DNA of 64,000 nucleotides, taken from assembly GCF_964213995.1 (NCBI RefSeq), contig NW_027590121.1, positions 124,001-188,000 of the forward strand, given 5' to 3'. Shown one piece after another: positions 25,800-37,513 of the stretch. The notes beneath the pieces are model-generated. The model was not told the origin of the DNA and did not search any database. It saw only the letters and a list, made by a program, of their open reading frames with translations. The DNA is from Mustelus asterias. Taxonomy: Eukaryota. Within the stretch, counting starts at the first letter, position 1; the number at the start of each line of letters is the position of its first letter. The translations under genes and the position numbers were made by a program.

Positions 25800-27308
25800 C
25801 CATCCAATTGGCCCATCGAGTCTGCACGACCATTCAATAAGATCATGACTGATCTGATGTGATGGTGCTCAACTTTACTTTCCTGCCTTATCCCCATGAC
25901 ATTTGATTGCCTTGCTGATTGAAATCTACCTTTTTCAGCCTTGAACATACCTTTTACAATCCCCTGCGATAAGTAATTCCACAAATGCACTGCCCTATCA
26001 GAGTAGAATTTCCTCATCGTCTCTGTTTTAAATTGGCTACCCTTCATTCTGAGATCATGGCCTCTGGTCCTAGACTCTCCCACAAGGGAAAACAATCTCT
26101 CAACATCTACCCTGTCCAACTTCTTTGAAAATACGATACGTCAAATAGACGGTAAACTGCGTCTCAGGTTAATTTGAATTCAACTGCCCAGAAGTGATGA
26201 AAGTGAGGAGGTGTGGAATAGAGGGAAAGTTGGCCGATTGGATAGGTAACTGGCTGTCTGATCGAAGACAGAGGGTGGTGGTGGATGGAAAATTTTCGGA
26301 TTGGAGGCAGGTTGCTAGCGGAGTGCCACAGGGATCAGTGCTTGGTCCTCTGCTCTTTGTGATTTTTATTAATGACTTAGAGGAGGGGGCTGAAGGGTGG
26401 ATCAGTAAATTTGCTGATGACACCAAGATTGGTGGAGTAGTGGATGAGGTGGAGGACTGTTGTAGGCTGCAAAGAGACATAGATAGGGTGCAAAGCTGGG
26501 CTGAAAAATGGCAAATGGAGTTTAACCCTGATAAATGTGAGGTGATTCATTCTGGTGGGACTAATTTAAATGTGGATTACAGGGTCAAAGGTAGGGTTCT
26601 GAAGACTGTGGAGGAACAGAGAGATCTTGGGGTCCATATCCACAGATCTCTAAAGGTTGCCACTCAAGTGGATAGAGCTGTGAAGAAGGCCTATAGTGTG
26701 TTAGCTTTTATTAACAGGGGGTTGGAGTTTAAGAACCGTGGGGTTATGCTGCAACTGTACAGGACCTTGGTGAGACCACATTTGGAATATTGTGTGCAGT
26801 TCTGGTCACCTCACTATAAGAAGGATGTGGAAGCTCTGAAAAGAGTGCAGAGGAGATTTACCAGGATGCTGCCTGGTTTGGAGGGTAGGTCTTATGAGGA
26901 AAGGTTGAGGGAGCTAGGGCTGTTCTCTCTGGAACGGAGGAGGCTGAGGGGAGACTTAATAGAGGTTTATAAAATGATGAAGGGGATAGATAGAGTGAAC
27001 GTTCAAAGACTATTTCCTCGGGTGGATGGAGCTTACAAGGGGGCATAATTATAGGGTTCGTGGTGGGAGTTATAGGAAGGATATCCGAAGTAGGTTCTTT
27101 ACGCAGAGAGTGGTTGGGGTGTGGAATGGACTGCCTGCAGTGATAGTGGAGTCAGACACTTTAGGAACATTTGAGCGGTTATTGGATAGGCACATGGAGC
27201 ACACCAGGATGATAGGGAATGGGATAGCTTGATCTTGGCTTCAGATAAAGCTCTACACAACATCGTGGGTCGAAGGGCCTGTTCTGTGCTGTACTGTTCT
27301 ATGTTCTA
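25800..27308. mobile_element. Two CR1 fragments (25800-26120 -, 26190-27308 +)
   Basis: ORF 26194-27048 is CR1 RT ([15 protein letters not shown]); ORF 25733-26119 is an ORF2 C-terminus. Confidence 0.9.
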
Positions 27309-27318
27309 AGTGACATCA
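27309..27318 (+). promoter_or_regulatory. V9 promoter CRE-like decamer
   Basis: AGTGACATCA ~160 bp upstream of the V9 ATG, the same spacing as in its paralogue V5. Confidence 0.6.
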
Positions 27319-27478
27319 GATCAGCTCTTTCTGCATTGAACTTCTGCAGGAAGTAATATCAAACCAGTCCAAGCTCTGAGGATGTATTGTCCTTCATGTG
27401 GTGACAGCTGCTCTTATTTATTCAATATTCTACAACTTGCTCAGCTACAGAAATCCTTCGAATTCCGGAGAGGCAGGA

Positions 27479-28532
27479 ATGCGGCTCCTGGTTCTCGCTT
27501 TGTTCTGGATAACACTCATTCTGGGTAAGAAGGTTAAAATGTGAAAAACAGGAGAATCACATAAAAAGGAAGACATTTAAAAGGCAAGGAGCACATTTTA
27601 ATCTCCAGCCTAAATCTGGTTAGACTTCATTAAAAGTGTTTGTAAAATAATACAAATACGGAGGTGAAACCAGAAAATGCGGTTTATAAGGATACAGTCA
27701 AATCTCAGGTTAAAAGGAATTATCCGAAATCATTGTACATGCTAGGATTGTTATCTCGAGCAAAGGGAGCAATGCGTTAACTTGGGAGAAGTCTTTAAAA
27801 ATGTTGATGATGTTTCAGAATCCTGAAAAGGAGTCGCCCCCCTCCCCCCCCCCCCCCCCCCCCGCCACCCCCGCCCCCACGCACCCCCCCCCCCCCCCCC
27901 ACCCCCAAAGTAGACGATTTTAAAACGCGGTATATAAAAGCTATCAATGAGTCTGACAAAGATTCCAGGAAAAAGATCCCAACGCCGAGAGTGTCTCCAA
28001 TGTGGAAATCATTATCACCGGGAGGTTGCGGGTCGTTATTATAACTTAAATGAAGGAGAAAATTAATGAGAAGATTATGGAGAAAGCAGAAGATGGAAAT
28101 TTTCCGAGGGTGAGATGACTACGCTTGCAGGAGGCTCCTTGAAGTGTTAACCAGACATCAGTTGTGTCGAATGAAGGTTCATTCTCGGCTCTCACTCTAT
28201 CGAATGTAATAGAAAACTGACCTCCATGTTTCACCCGTTACAGTTTGGAACGATGGAAATTCTATTACTCAGCGGGAATTCTCAGTCATACAGACAAAGG
28301 GAGAAGATGTCACTTTAGCCTGCACCTATACTGGCAATTATTTGCACTTATTCTGGTACCGTCAGTACACAGCCAGACAGCCCGAGTTTGCAGTCCAGAG
28401 ATACACCAGCGGCCGTTCTGAATTGAAGCCGAATTTCGCTTGGAACCGGTTCAGCACTCAGACAATTTATTGACCATTTCGGAGCTGTGGCTGTCTGACA
28501 CCGCGGTCTGTTGTGCACTGTGCACTGAAACT
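27479..28532 (+). pseudogene. TCR V pseudogene (V9), paralogue of V5
   Basis: Leader 27479-27524 (MRLLVLALFWITLIL/G); V exon from 28244 is open to ...FAWNRF, then a deletion and frameshift lead to TGA; RSS CACAGTG (28533-28539), 23 bp, ATAAAAACT. Confidence 0.9.
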
Positions 28533-29724
28533 CACAGTGATGGGAACGAGTGAAATTCTCATATAAAAACTTCCGCAGATTTCTGGGTCAAAGCTGCTGT
28601 CGTTGGGAGTTGTTTACAAGAGCGGGTCACACAATGACACATGAATACATTCCCGTGAGCGCAGACATCGAATGCAATCTACGTAAAAGCCATTTAAATC
28701 AATTCACATTGAATCCTGACTCTGCCCAATGATTGCATGCATTGTGGGAGGGCAGAATTCGCTCTTCACCATCCGCATTAATAAAAAAATAAACTCTAGT
28801 TGTTTTCCCAAAACTAGTTCGCTTTGTTCAGCTGATTCATTGTGGAAAGATGGACGCCAGCTGAGGAGCCTTATATCGTCAAAGAAGCGCCCCTTGTTCA
28901 AATATATTCATCTGCTTCATCGATAACGTACCCTCCATCATAATATTGGAGTTTGGGATCGTTGCCGACGATTCCACAATGTTCTGAATCATTCGGGACT
29001 TCTGAGAAACTTAAGCAGTCAATTCCGGTATGTAGCAATATCGTTGACGAAGTTGTGGCAAATATCATTCATGCCCCAAATGTGGCAGGAATTGAGCATT
29101 TCCGGATCAAGTGCCTTCGCATCGCTGACCGGTAACAGTAAAACTAACCGTGCCTACCCATAAAACTCTGGCTACGAGAGCAGGTCAGACACTGGAATTT
29201 TTCTTGACTCCCCAATGTCTGTCCGCTAACTGCCAAACACAGAGTGTGTTGACCTGCTCTCCACTTACTTGGATAAGTGGATCTCAAGCAATACTCCAGA
29301 GGCTTGGTACACCACATTCACTCCTTCCACGTACAATGCTAGCAGTGTGCACATTATACAAGATAGAATGCAGCAACCTGCTAGGCGCACTTCGACAGCA
29401 GCTTCCAAACCCGCGACCCCTACCGCCCGAAGAGAAGCACAATAGGGGCATGGGAATCACACCATCTTCAAGATCCCTAACAAGATTGCAACTGTGTAAA
29501 ATGGAAGCTCGCTTATTCCTGCCCGAGATCAAGTAGGGCAACATATTCCAGCATCGGTTGCGACGTTGAAGTCCCTTGAAAGTGTGAACAAAAAGCTTTA
29601 ACTTTGAAGGGGATTCACCAGTCTCTGCAAGGGAGCTAAGGGAACTCAAGAGTACAAGTTGGCCCAGAATAAAACCAAAACTCGAGCTATGGGCTCAATG
29701 TAACCAGACAGTGTTTAACATCGT

Positions 29725-30085
29725 GGAGGCGATGGCCGAGTGGTGTTACCGCTGGACTCTTGATCCAGAAATTCAGCTAATCCCGCCAAGGCAGGTGATG
29801 GAATTAGAATTCAATGAAAAAAATCTGGATTAAATTAAACTTTATAAAAGAATATCGGGAATTAAGAACCTACTGATGACTATTAAACCATTTCCGATTG
29901 TCTGATAACCCCATCTGGTTCACTAGTGTTCTTTAGGGAAGGAAATCTGCCATCCTTACCTGGTCTGGCCAACATGGGACTCCAGAATCAGAGCAAAGTG
30001 ATTGACTCTCAACTTCCATCGGGCAACTAGGGATATGCAGTAAATGCTGGCCAGTCAGCGACGCCCATGTCCCACAAATGAATAT
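29725..30085 (+). mobile_element. SINE, same family as 24500-24860
   Basis: Shared CTGGTTCACTA...GGAAGGAAATCTGCCATC...GACTCCAGAA...CAGCGACGCCCA sequence. Confidence 0.6.
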
Positions 30086-30326
30086 ACCGAAACAGAGTCA
30101 CGCTGTTCTTTCATTCCGGAGTCACAAACACAGAACGGGTGACGACCGTCATGCAACACGGGTTTCAAATTATTCATAACTGACTCACGACCGCCAGTCT
30201 CACAGCGCCCCCAGCGATACAGGAAGTGAAATGTTGACATCCCGATACTCGGCGGATAAGTGGGGACGGGATTTAGAACAGATTCTACCAAATTGCCAGC
30301 TCCCTTTTGTAGAGCTGACAGAGACA

Positions 30327-30784
30327 ATGCGGCTGCTCAGCATCTGGGTTGTGTGGGTAGCATTTCTGGCAGGTAATTTGGGATTAAGTGCATTTCGTTT
30401 TTTCTCTCATTTGTCAAGCAGGGTTGAAATCTTTCCACGCTCTGGCCTGGCCTATTACTATGTGATCACCTTTTTCAGATCTGACTAATGCGGATTCTGT
30501 CACCTAGCGGCGCCCCGCACATATTAAAACAGAAGGAGAAGCGGTGGCATTGACCTGTACTTATGATACAACAGAAAGAAGCTATAGATTATACTGGTAC
30601 CGACAGTGCACAGATAATCAGCCTGAGTTTATAGTGTGGAAAAGCTCCGGAGGCTTTGAATATAAAGCAGAGTTACTAAGATCCGTTTCTCTGCTAATCT
30701 CCTGACCGAGAATAAAGTCACCAGTTTAACCATCTTGGGTCTGCAGCTGAGTGACATTGCTGTGTATTACTGCGCTTTCAGACT
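30327..30784 (+). pseudogene. TCR V pseudogene (V10), V4 family
   Basis: Leader 30327-30372; V exon from 30479 has DSVT-TAG (stop in place of Q) and a later frameshift; RSS CACAGTG (30785-30791), 23 bp, ACAGAAGCT. Confidence 0.92.
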
Positions 30785-30994
30785 CACAGTGATAAAATAC
30801 AGTCTCACCGCGCTACAGAAGCTCTAGATAAGAGCTCCATCTGCTGCGGGTTCTTCGGAATCGCGGGATGTTTCAGCAACAGAGAACAGCTCCGCCGTCA
30901 GCCGTTAAAACACAGTGAGAAAAAACCAGATTAACCTCGGATCAAACTGTCACTCAACAGTTCCACGAGTGGCTGAGAACACAAACTACACAAA

Positions 30995-33220
30995 CTCTGC
31001 TGTACAGAGGGACCTAGGTGCCTTTGTGCAGGTATCTCAAGGAGTTGGTCTGCAGGTGCAGCAGGTAATAAAGAAGGCAAATGGAATTTTGTCCTTCATT
31101 GCGAGAGGGATGGAGTTAAAAATTATGTTGCAGCTGTATAAGGTGCTGGTGAGGCCACACCTGGAGTACTGTGTACACTTTTGGTCGCCTTACTTGAGAA
31201 AAGATATACTGGCACTAGATGGGTTGCAGAGGAGATTCACAAGGCTGATTCCGGAGTTGAGAGGGTTGGCTTATGAGGAGAGACTGAGTAGACTGGGGCT
31301 ATACTCATTGGAATTCAGAAGAATGAGGGGAGATCTTATAGAAACATATAAGATTAAGAAGGGGACAGATAGGATAGAAGCAGGGAAGTTGTTTCCACTG
31401 GCGGGTGAAACTAGAACTAGGGGGCATAGCCTCAAAATAAGGGGAAACAGATATAGGACTGAGTTGAGGACGAACTTCTTCACACAAAGGCTGGTCAATC
31501 TGTGGAATTCCCTGCCCAGTGAAGCAGTTGACGTTACCTCATTGAAGGTTTTTAAGCAAGGATAGATAATTTTTTGAACAGTAAAGGAATTAAGGGTGAT
31601 GGCGAGCGGGCTATTAAGTAGAGCTGAGTCCACAAAAAGATCAGCCATGATCTTATTGAATGGCGGAGCAGGCTCAAGGGGCCAGGTGGACCACCCCTGC
31701 TCCTAGTTCCTATGTTCGTAAAGATCATGGCGATGATCTTTGCATCGTCGATGGAGACGGGAGAGGTGCCGGAGGATTGGAGGATTGCGGATGTGGTTCC
31801 TATTTTCAAGAAGGGGAATAGGGATAGCCCAGGTAATTACCGACCGGTGAGTCTAACCTCAGTGGTTGGTAAACTGATGGAGAAGATCCTGAGGGACAGG
31901 ATAGATGAGCATTTAGAGAGGTTTAGTTTGCTCAAGAAAACTCAGCATGGCTTTGTCAAGGGCAGATCGTGCCTTACGAGCCGAGTGGAGTTCTTCGAAA
32001 ATGTGACTAAACACATTGACGAAGGGAAGGCGGTAGATGCGGTTTATATGGATTTTAGCAAGGCATTCGACAAGGTGCCCCATGCAAGGGTTCTAGAAAA
32101 AGAAAGAGGGCATGGGATCCTAGGAACTGCTGCCCGGTGGATCCAGAACTGGCTTGCCCAAAGGAGGCAGAGAGTGGGTATATATGGGTCTTTTTCTAAA
32201 TGGAGGTCAGTCACCAGTGGTGTGCCTCAGGGATCTGTTCTGGGACCCTTGCTGTTTGTCATTTTCATAAATGACCTGGATGAGGAAGCGGAGGGATGGG
32301 TTGGTAAGATTGCCGACGACACGAAGGTTGGTGGGGTTGTGGATAGTCTGGAGGGATGTCAGAAGTTACAGAGGGACATAGATAGGATGCAAGACTGGGA
32401 GGACAAGTGGCAGATGGACTTCAACCCAGATAAATGCATCGTGGTCCATTTTGGGAGGTCAAATGGGATGAAGGAGTACAATATAAAGGGAAAGACTCTT
32501 AGTACTGTAGAGGATCAGAAGGACCTTGGGGTCCGGGTCCATAGGACTCTAAAATCGGCCCCGCAGGTGGAAGAGATGGTTCAGAAGGCGTATGGTGTGC
32601 TGGCCTTTATCAATCGAGGGATTGAATTCGGAGTCCGGGGATAATGATGCAGCTATATAAGACCCTCGTCAGACCCCACTTGGAGTACTGTGCTCAGTTC
32701 CGTTCGCCTCACTATAGGAAAGATGTGGAAAAGATTGAAAGGGTGCAGAGGAAATTTACAAGGATGTTGCCTGGATTGAGTGGCATGCCTTATGAGGATA
32801 GTCTGAGGGAGCTCGGTCTTTTCTCCTTGGAGAGACGAAGGATGCGAGGAGACCTAATAGAGGTATATAAGATGTTGAGAGGCATAGATCGGATGGACTC
32901 TCGGAGGCTTTTTCCCAGGTTGGAAATGTCTGCTACGCGAGGACACAGGTTTAAGGTGCTGGGGGGCATGTACAGGGGAGATGTTAGGGATAAGTTTTTC
33001 ACACAGAGGGAGGTGGGCGAGTGGAATCGGCTGCCGTCAGTGGTGGTGGAGGAGAACTCAATAGGGTCTTTTATGAGACTCCTGGATGAGTACATGGAGC
33101 TTAATAGGATGGAGGGTTATAGGTAGGTCGAGAAGGTAGGTACGTGTTCGGCACAACTTGTGGGCCGAAGGGCCTGTTTGTGCTGCAGCTTTTCGATGTT
33201 TCTATGTTTCTATGTTATGT
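30995..33220 (+). mobile_element. Two tandem CR1 fragments (30995-31715 and 31716-33220)
   Basis: ORFs 30915-31565, 31712-32644 and 32644-33126 are CR1 RT. Confidence 0.92.
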
Positions 33221-33563
33221 TCTAATGTAAATAGAACAGAGACAAAGCACAGAACCATAGTTCCAACCAGACCTTCTCATTCCCACCGTCAACAAACCTC
33301 GGTCCTCTGAAGCCTGTCGGGGGTGAGCTGCATCTTAATGAATGGAAACTTTCCCGGCTGGGTTGCAGACAAACTCCCTGCAGGTACCCATCCAGACGCC
33401 TCTTAAATGTTGCTAATGTGCATGCTTCCAAAACAGCGGCGTGTTCCAGGCACCCACCACCTCCCCCGCAAATAAGAACATAAGAAACAGGAGCAGGAGT
33501 AGGCCATCTAGCCCCTCGAGCCTGCCCCGCCATTCAATAAGATCATGGCTGATCTGACGTGGA

Positions 33564-36500
33564 TCAGTACCACTTACCCGCCTGATCCCCATAACCCTTA
33601 ATTCCCTTACCAATCAGGAATCCATCCATCCGCGCTTTAAACATATTCAGCGAGGTAGCCTCCACCACCTCAGTGGGCAGAGAATTCCAGAGATTCACCA
33701 CCCTCTGGGAGAAGAAGTTCCTCCTCAACTCTGTCTTAAACCGACCCCCCTTTATTTTGAGGCTGTGTCCTCTAGTTTTATCTTCCTTACTAAGTGGAAA
33801 GAATCTCTCCATCTCCACTCTATCCAGCCCACGCATTATCTTATAAGTCTCCATAAGATCCCCCCTCATCCTTCTAAACTCCAACGAGTACAAACCCAAT
33901 CTCCTCAGCCTCTCCTCATAATCCAAACCCCTCATCTCCGGTATCAACCTGGTGAACCTTCTCTGCACTCCCTCCAATGCCAATATATCCTTCCTCATAT
34001 AAGGGGACCAATGCTGCACACAGTATTCCAGCTGCGGCCTCACCAATGCCCTGTACAGGTGCATCAAGACATCCCTGCTTTTATATTCTATCCCCTTCGC
34101 AATATAGGCCAACATCCCATTTGCCTTCTTGATCACCTGTTGTACCTGCAGACTGGGCTTTTGCGTCTCATGCACAAGGACCCCCAGGTCCCTTTGCACG
34201 GTAGCATGTTTTAATTTGTTTCCATTGAGATAATAATCCCATTTGTTATTATTTCCTCCAAAGTGTATAACCTCGCATTTCTCAACGTTATACTCCATTT
34301 GCCATATCCTCGCCCACTCACTCAGCCTGTCCAAATCTCTCTGCAGATCTTCTCCGTCCTCCACACGATTCACTTTTCCACTTATCTTTGTGTCGTCTGC
34401 AAACTTCGTTACCCTACACTCCGTCCCCTCCTCCAGATCATCTATATAAATGGTAAACAGTTGCGGCCCGAGTACCGATCCCTGCGGCACGCCACTAGTT
34501 ACCTTCCTCCAACCGGAAAAACACCCATTTATTCCGACTATTTGCTTCCTGTCGGATAGCCAGTCCCCAATCCACTTTAACACACTACCCCCAACTCCGT
34601 GTGCCCTAATCTTCTTCAGCAGCCTTTTATGGGGCACCTTATCAAACGCCTTTTGGAAATCCAAAAACACCGCATCCACCGGTTCTCCTCCATCAACCGC
34701 CCTAGTCACATCTTCATAAAAATCCAACATGTGCGTCAAGCACACCTTTCCCCTCATGAATCCATGCTGCGTCTGATTGATCGAACCATTTCTATCCAGA
34801 TGCCCTGCTATCTCCTCTTTAATAATGGATTCCAGCATTTTCCCTACTGCAGATGTTAAGCTGACCGGCCTATAGTTACCCGCCTTTTGTCTCCTTCCTT
34901 TTTTAAACAGCGGCGTAACATTAGCCGTTTTCCAATCAACCGGCACTACCCCAGAATGCAACGAGTTTTGATAAATAATCACTAACGCATCCACTATTAC
35001 CTCTGACATTTCTTTCAATACCCTGGGATGCATTCCATCCGGACCCGGGGACTTGTCCACCTTCAGTCCCATTAGTCTACCCAGCACTGCCTCTCTGGTA
35101 ACATTAATTGTATTAAGTATTTCTCCTGCTGCCAACCCTCTATCGTTAATGTTTGGCAAACTATTTGTGTCCTCCACCGTGAAGACCGACACAAAAAACT
35201 TATTTAAAGACTCAGCCATATCCTCATTTCCCACTATTAACTCCCCCCTCTCGTCCTCCAAGGGTCCAACATTCACTCTAGCCACTCTATTCCTTTTTAT
35301 ATATTTATAAAAACTTTTACTATCATTTTTTATATTAATTGCTAGCCTAGCTTCATAGTCTATCCTTCCTTTCTTTATCGCTTTCTTAGTCTCTCTTTGT
35401 TGTTTCTTAAATTTTTCCCAATCACTTGTTTCTCCACTATTTTTGGCCACTCTGTACGCAGCTGTTTTTATTTTAATACTCTCCTTTATTTCCTTCGTTA
35501 TCCACGGCTGGTTCTCCCTTTTCTTACAATCCTTGTTTTTTGCTGGAATATGTTTTTGCTGAGAACTGAGAAGGATCTCCTTAAAAATCCTCCACTGTTC
35601 CTCAGCTATCCTACCTGCCAGCCTGCTCTCCCAGTCTACCTTAGCCAATTCATCCCTCATCCTATCATATTTCCCTCTGTTCAAACAGAGGACACTGGTT
35701 TGGGACCAAACTTTCTCCTCTTCCATCTGAATCAGAAATTCGACCATATTGTGGTCACTAGACCCAAGAGGGTCCTTCACAATAAGATCCTTAATTCTAC
35801 CTACCTCGTTACACAATACCAGATCCAAAATAGCTCGTTCCCTCGTCGGTTCCGTAACATGCTGTTCAAGGAAACTATCCCGACAGCATTCTAAGAACTC
35901 TTCCTCCATTCCACCCTTACCGACTTGAGTCTGCCAGTCAATGTGCATGTTGAAGTCCCCCATGATTATTGCCGTTCCGTTTTTACACGCATCCCTTATC
36001 TGCTTGTTTATAGCCCTCCCTACCTCAACATTATTATTTGGGGGTCTATATACCACACCTACTAGTGTCTTTCTCCCCCTACTATTCCTCATCTCTACCC
36101 ATAATGATTCCACGTTTTGTTCCTCAGAGCCTATGTCATCCCTCAGTACTACCCTGATATTATCTCTTATTAATAGCGCGACCCCACCACCTTTTCCTTC
36201 CTGTCTATCCTTCCTAAACGCCTGATACCCCTGGATATTCATCTCCCAGTCCTGGTCACCTTTCAGCCACGTTTCTGTAATGGCCACCAGATCGTACCCA
36301 CTTGTGCTGATTTGCACCATCAACTCATTTACCTTGTTCCGAATGCTTCGTGCATTCAGGCAAAGTGTCCTTACTCCAGCTTTTATCTGGACCCGCTTTG
36401 ATGAGTCGCGAACACCCTCTCCCTCTACTCCCTTACCTAAATTACCGCCTTCATTCACTTGCACCCTCTCCTCTACCATTAATTTTGTACTTCCCCTTAC

Positions 36501-36569
36501 CCCTGCATCCTCCACCCCATCAATTAGTTCCTTGATCCTAGTCAACTCTTCTAGCTCCCCTCCCCCCAA
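33564..36569 (-). CDS. CR1 ORF2 (APE endonuclease and reverse transcriptase), uninterrupted
   Basis: 1001-codon ORF with [32 protein letters not shown] and FADD motifs. Confidence 0.95.
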   Translation of the reverse strand: MGGGELEELTRIKELIDGVEDAGVRGSTKLMVEERVQVNEGGNLGKGVEGEGVRDSSKRVQIKAGVRTLCLNARSIRNKVNELMVQISTSGYDLVAITETWLKGDQDWEMNIQGYQAFRKDRQEGKGGGVALLIRDNIRVVLRDDIGSEEQNVESLWVEMRNSRGRKTLVGVVYRPPNNNVEVGRAINKQIRDACKNGTAIIMGDFNMHIDWQTQVGKGGMEEEFLECCRDSFLEQHVTEPTRERAILDLVLCNEVGRIKDLIVKDPLGSSDHNMVEFLIQMEEEKVWSQTSVLCLNRGKYDRMRDELAKVDWESRLAGRIAEEQWRIFKEILLSSQQKHIPAKNKDCKKRENQPWITKEIKESIKIKTAAYRVAKNSGETSDWEKFKKQQRETKKAIKKGRIDYEARLAINIKNDSKSFYKYIKRNRVARVNVGPLEDERGELIVGNEDMAESLNKFFVSVFTVEDTNSLPNINDRGLAAGEILNTINVTREAVLGRLMGLKVDKSPGPDGMHPRVLKEMSEVIVDALVIIYQNSLHSGVVPVDWKTANVTPLFKKGRRQKAGNYRPVSLTSAVGKMLESIIKEEIAGHLDRNGSINQTQHGFMRGKVCLTHMLDFYEDVTRAVDGGEPVDAVFLDFQKAFDKVPHKRLLKKIRAHGVGGSVLKWIGDWLSDRKQIVGINGCFSGWRKVTSGVPQGSVLGPQLFTIYIDDLEEGTECRVTKFADDTKISGKVNRVEDGEDLQRDLDRLSEWARIWQMEYNVEKCEVIHFGGNNNKWDYYLNGNKLKHATVQRDLGVLVHETQKPSLQVQQVIKKANGMLAYIAKGIEYKSRDVLMHLYRALVRPQLEYCVQHWSPYMRKDILALEGVQRRFTRLIPEMRGLDYEERLRRLGLYSLEFRRMRGDLMETYKIMRGLDRVEMERFFPLSKEDKTRGHSLKIKGGRFKTELRRNFFSQRVVNLWNSLPTEVVEATSLNMFKARMDGFLIGKGIKGYGDQAGKWY

Positions 36570-36574
36570 CCTAT

Positions 36575-37513
36575 CTAGTTTAAATTCTCCCCAGTAGCCT
36601 TAGCCATCCTACTGGCCAGGATATTGGTCCCCGTGTGATTCAAGTTCCACCCGTTTTTTGTATACAGATCACCCCTGCCCCTAAAGAGGTCCCAATGATC
36701 CAGGAACCTGAATCCCTGCCCCCTGCACCAGTCCCTCAGCCACACATACATCCTCCACCTCACTCCATTCCTGCCCTCACCTTCCCGTGGCACAGGCAGT
36801 AATCCTGAGATTACTACCTTTGCTTTCCTCTTTCTCAGCTGTCTCCCTAATTCCCTGTACTCCCTTTTCATGACCCCTTCTCCCTTCCTACCCACATCAG
36901 CGGTACCAATATGTACCGCTACCTCAGGCTTCTCTCTCTCCCACCTCAGGATTTCCGGGACGCGACTAGCGACATCCTGGATCCCGGCCCCAGGGAGGCA
37001 GACCACCATGCGAGAATCTCGCCTACCTCCGCAGAAACGCCTGTCTGTCCCCTTCACCATCGAGTCCACGATTAATACCGCCTTCCTCCTCTTTTCCTTA
37101 GCCCTCTGAGTTACAGGGCTGGACTCCACTGCGGAGACACGGCCACTGCTGCTTCCCCCAGGCGGGCTGTCCCCCCCAGCAGTACTCAAGCAGGAGTACT
37201 TGTTGTGCAGGGGCAAATCCACCGGGGTGCTCTCAACCACCCTAGCCTTACCCTTCCTGGCCGTCACCCACTTGGCCTCCTCCCGTGGCCCTGGTGTGAC
37301 CACCTGATGATAGCTCTTGTCTATCACCTCCTCATTCTCCCTCATCAGCCTAAGATCCTCGAGCTGCAGTTCCAGCTCCCTAACACGGTCCCTCAGGAAC
37401 CGCAGCTCGACACACCCCTCACAGATGTGGATGTCCGGGAGGCCAGATGCCTCCAGGACCTCCCACATCCTACACTGGGAACAACACACTGGTTTCACAC
37501 TCATACTGGACAC
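36575..37513 (-). CDS. CR1 ORF1 (zinc finger/coiled coil and SGNH esterase-like domain)
   Basis: CxxC...CxxC, leucine-heptad LRDRVRELELQLEDL, LIVDS / CLPGA / HIGT / VISGLLP blocks. Confidence 0.88.
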   Translation of the reverse strand: MSSMSVKPVCCSQCRMWEVLEASGLPDIHICEGCVELRFLRDRVRELELQLEDLRLMRENEEVIDKSYHQVVTPGPREEAKWVTARKGKARVVESTPVDLPLHNKYSCLSTAGGDSPPGGSSSGRVSAVESSPVTQRAKEKRRKAVLIVDSMVKGTDRRFCGGRRDSRMVVCLPGAGIQDVASRVPEILRWEREKPEVAVHIGTADVGRKGEGVMKREYRELGRQLRKRKAKVVISGLLPVPREGEGRNGVRWRMYVWLRDWCRGQGFRFLDHWDLFRGRGDLYTKNGWNLNHTGTNILASRMAKATGENLN

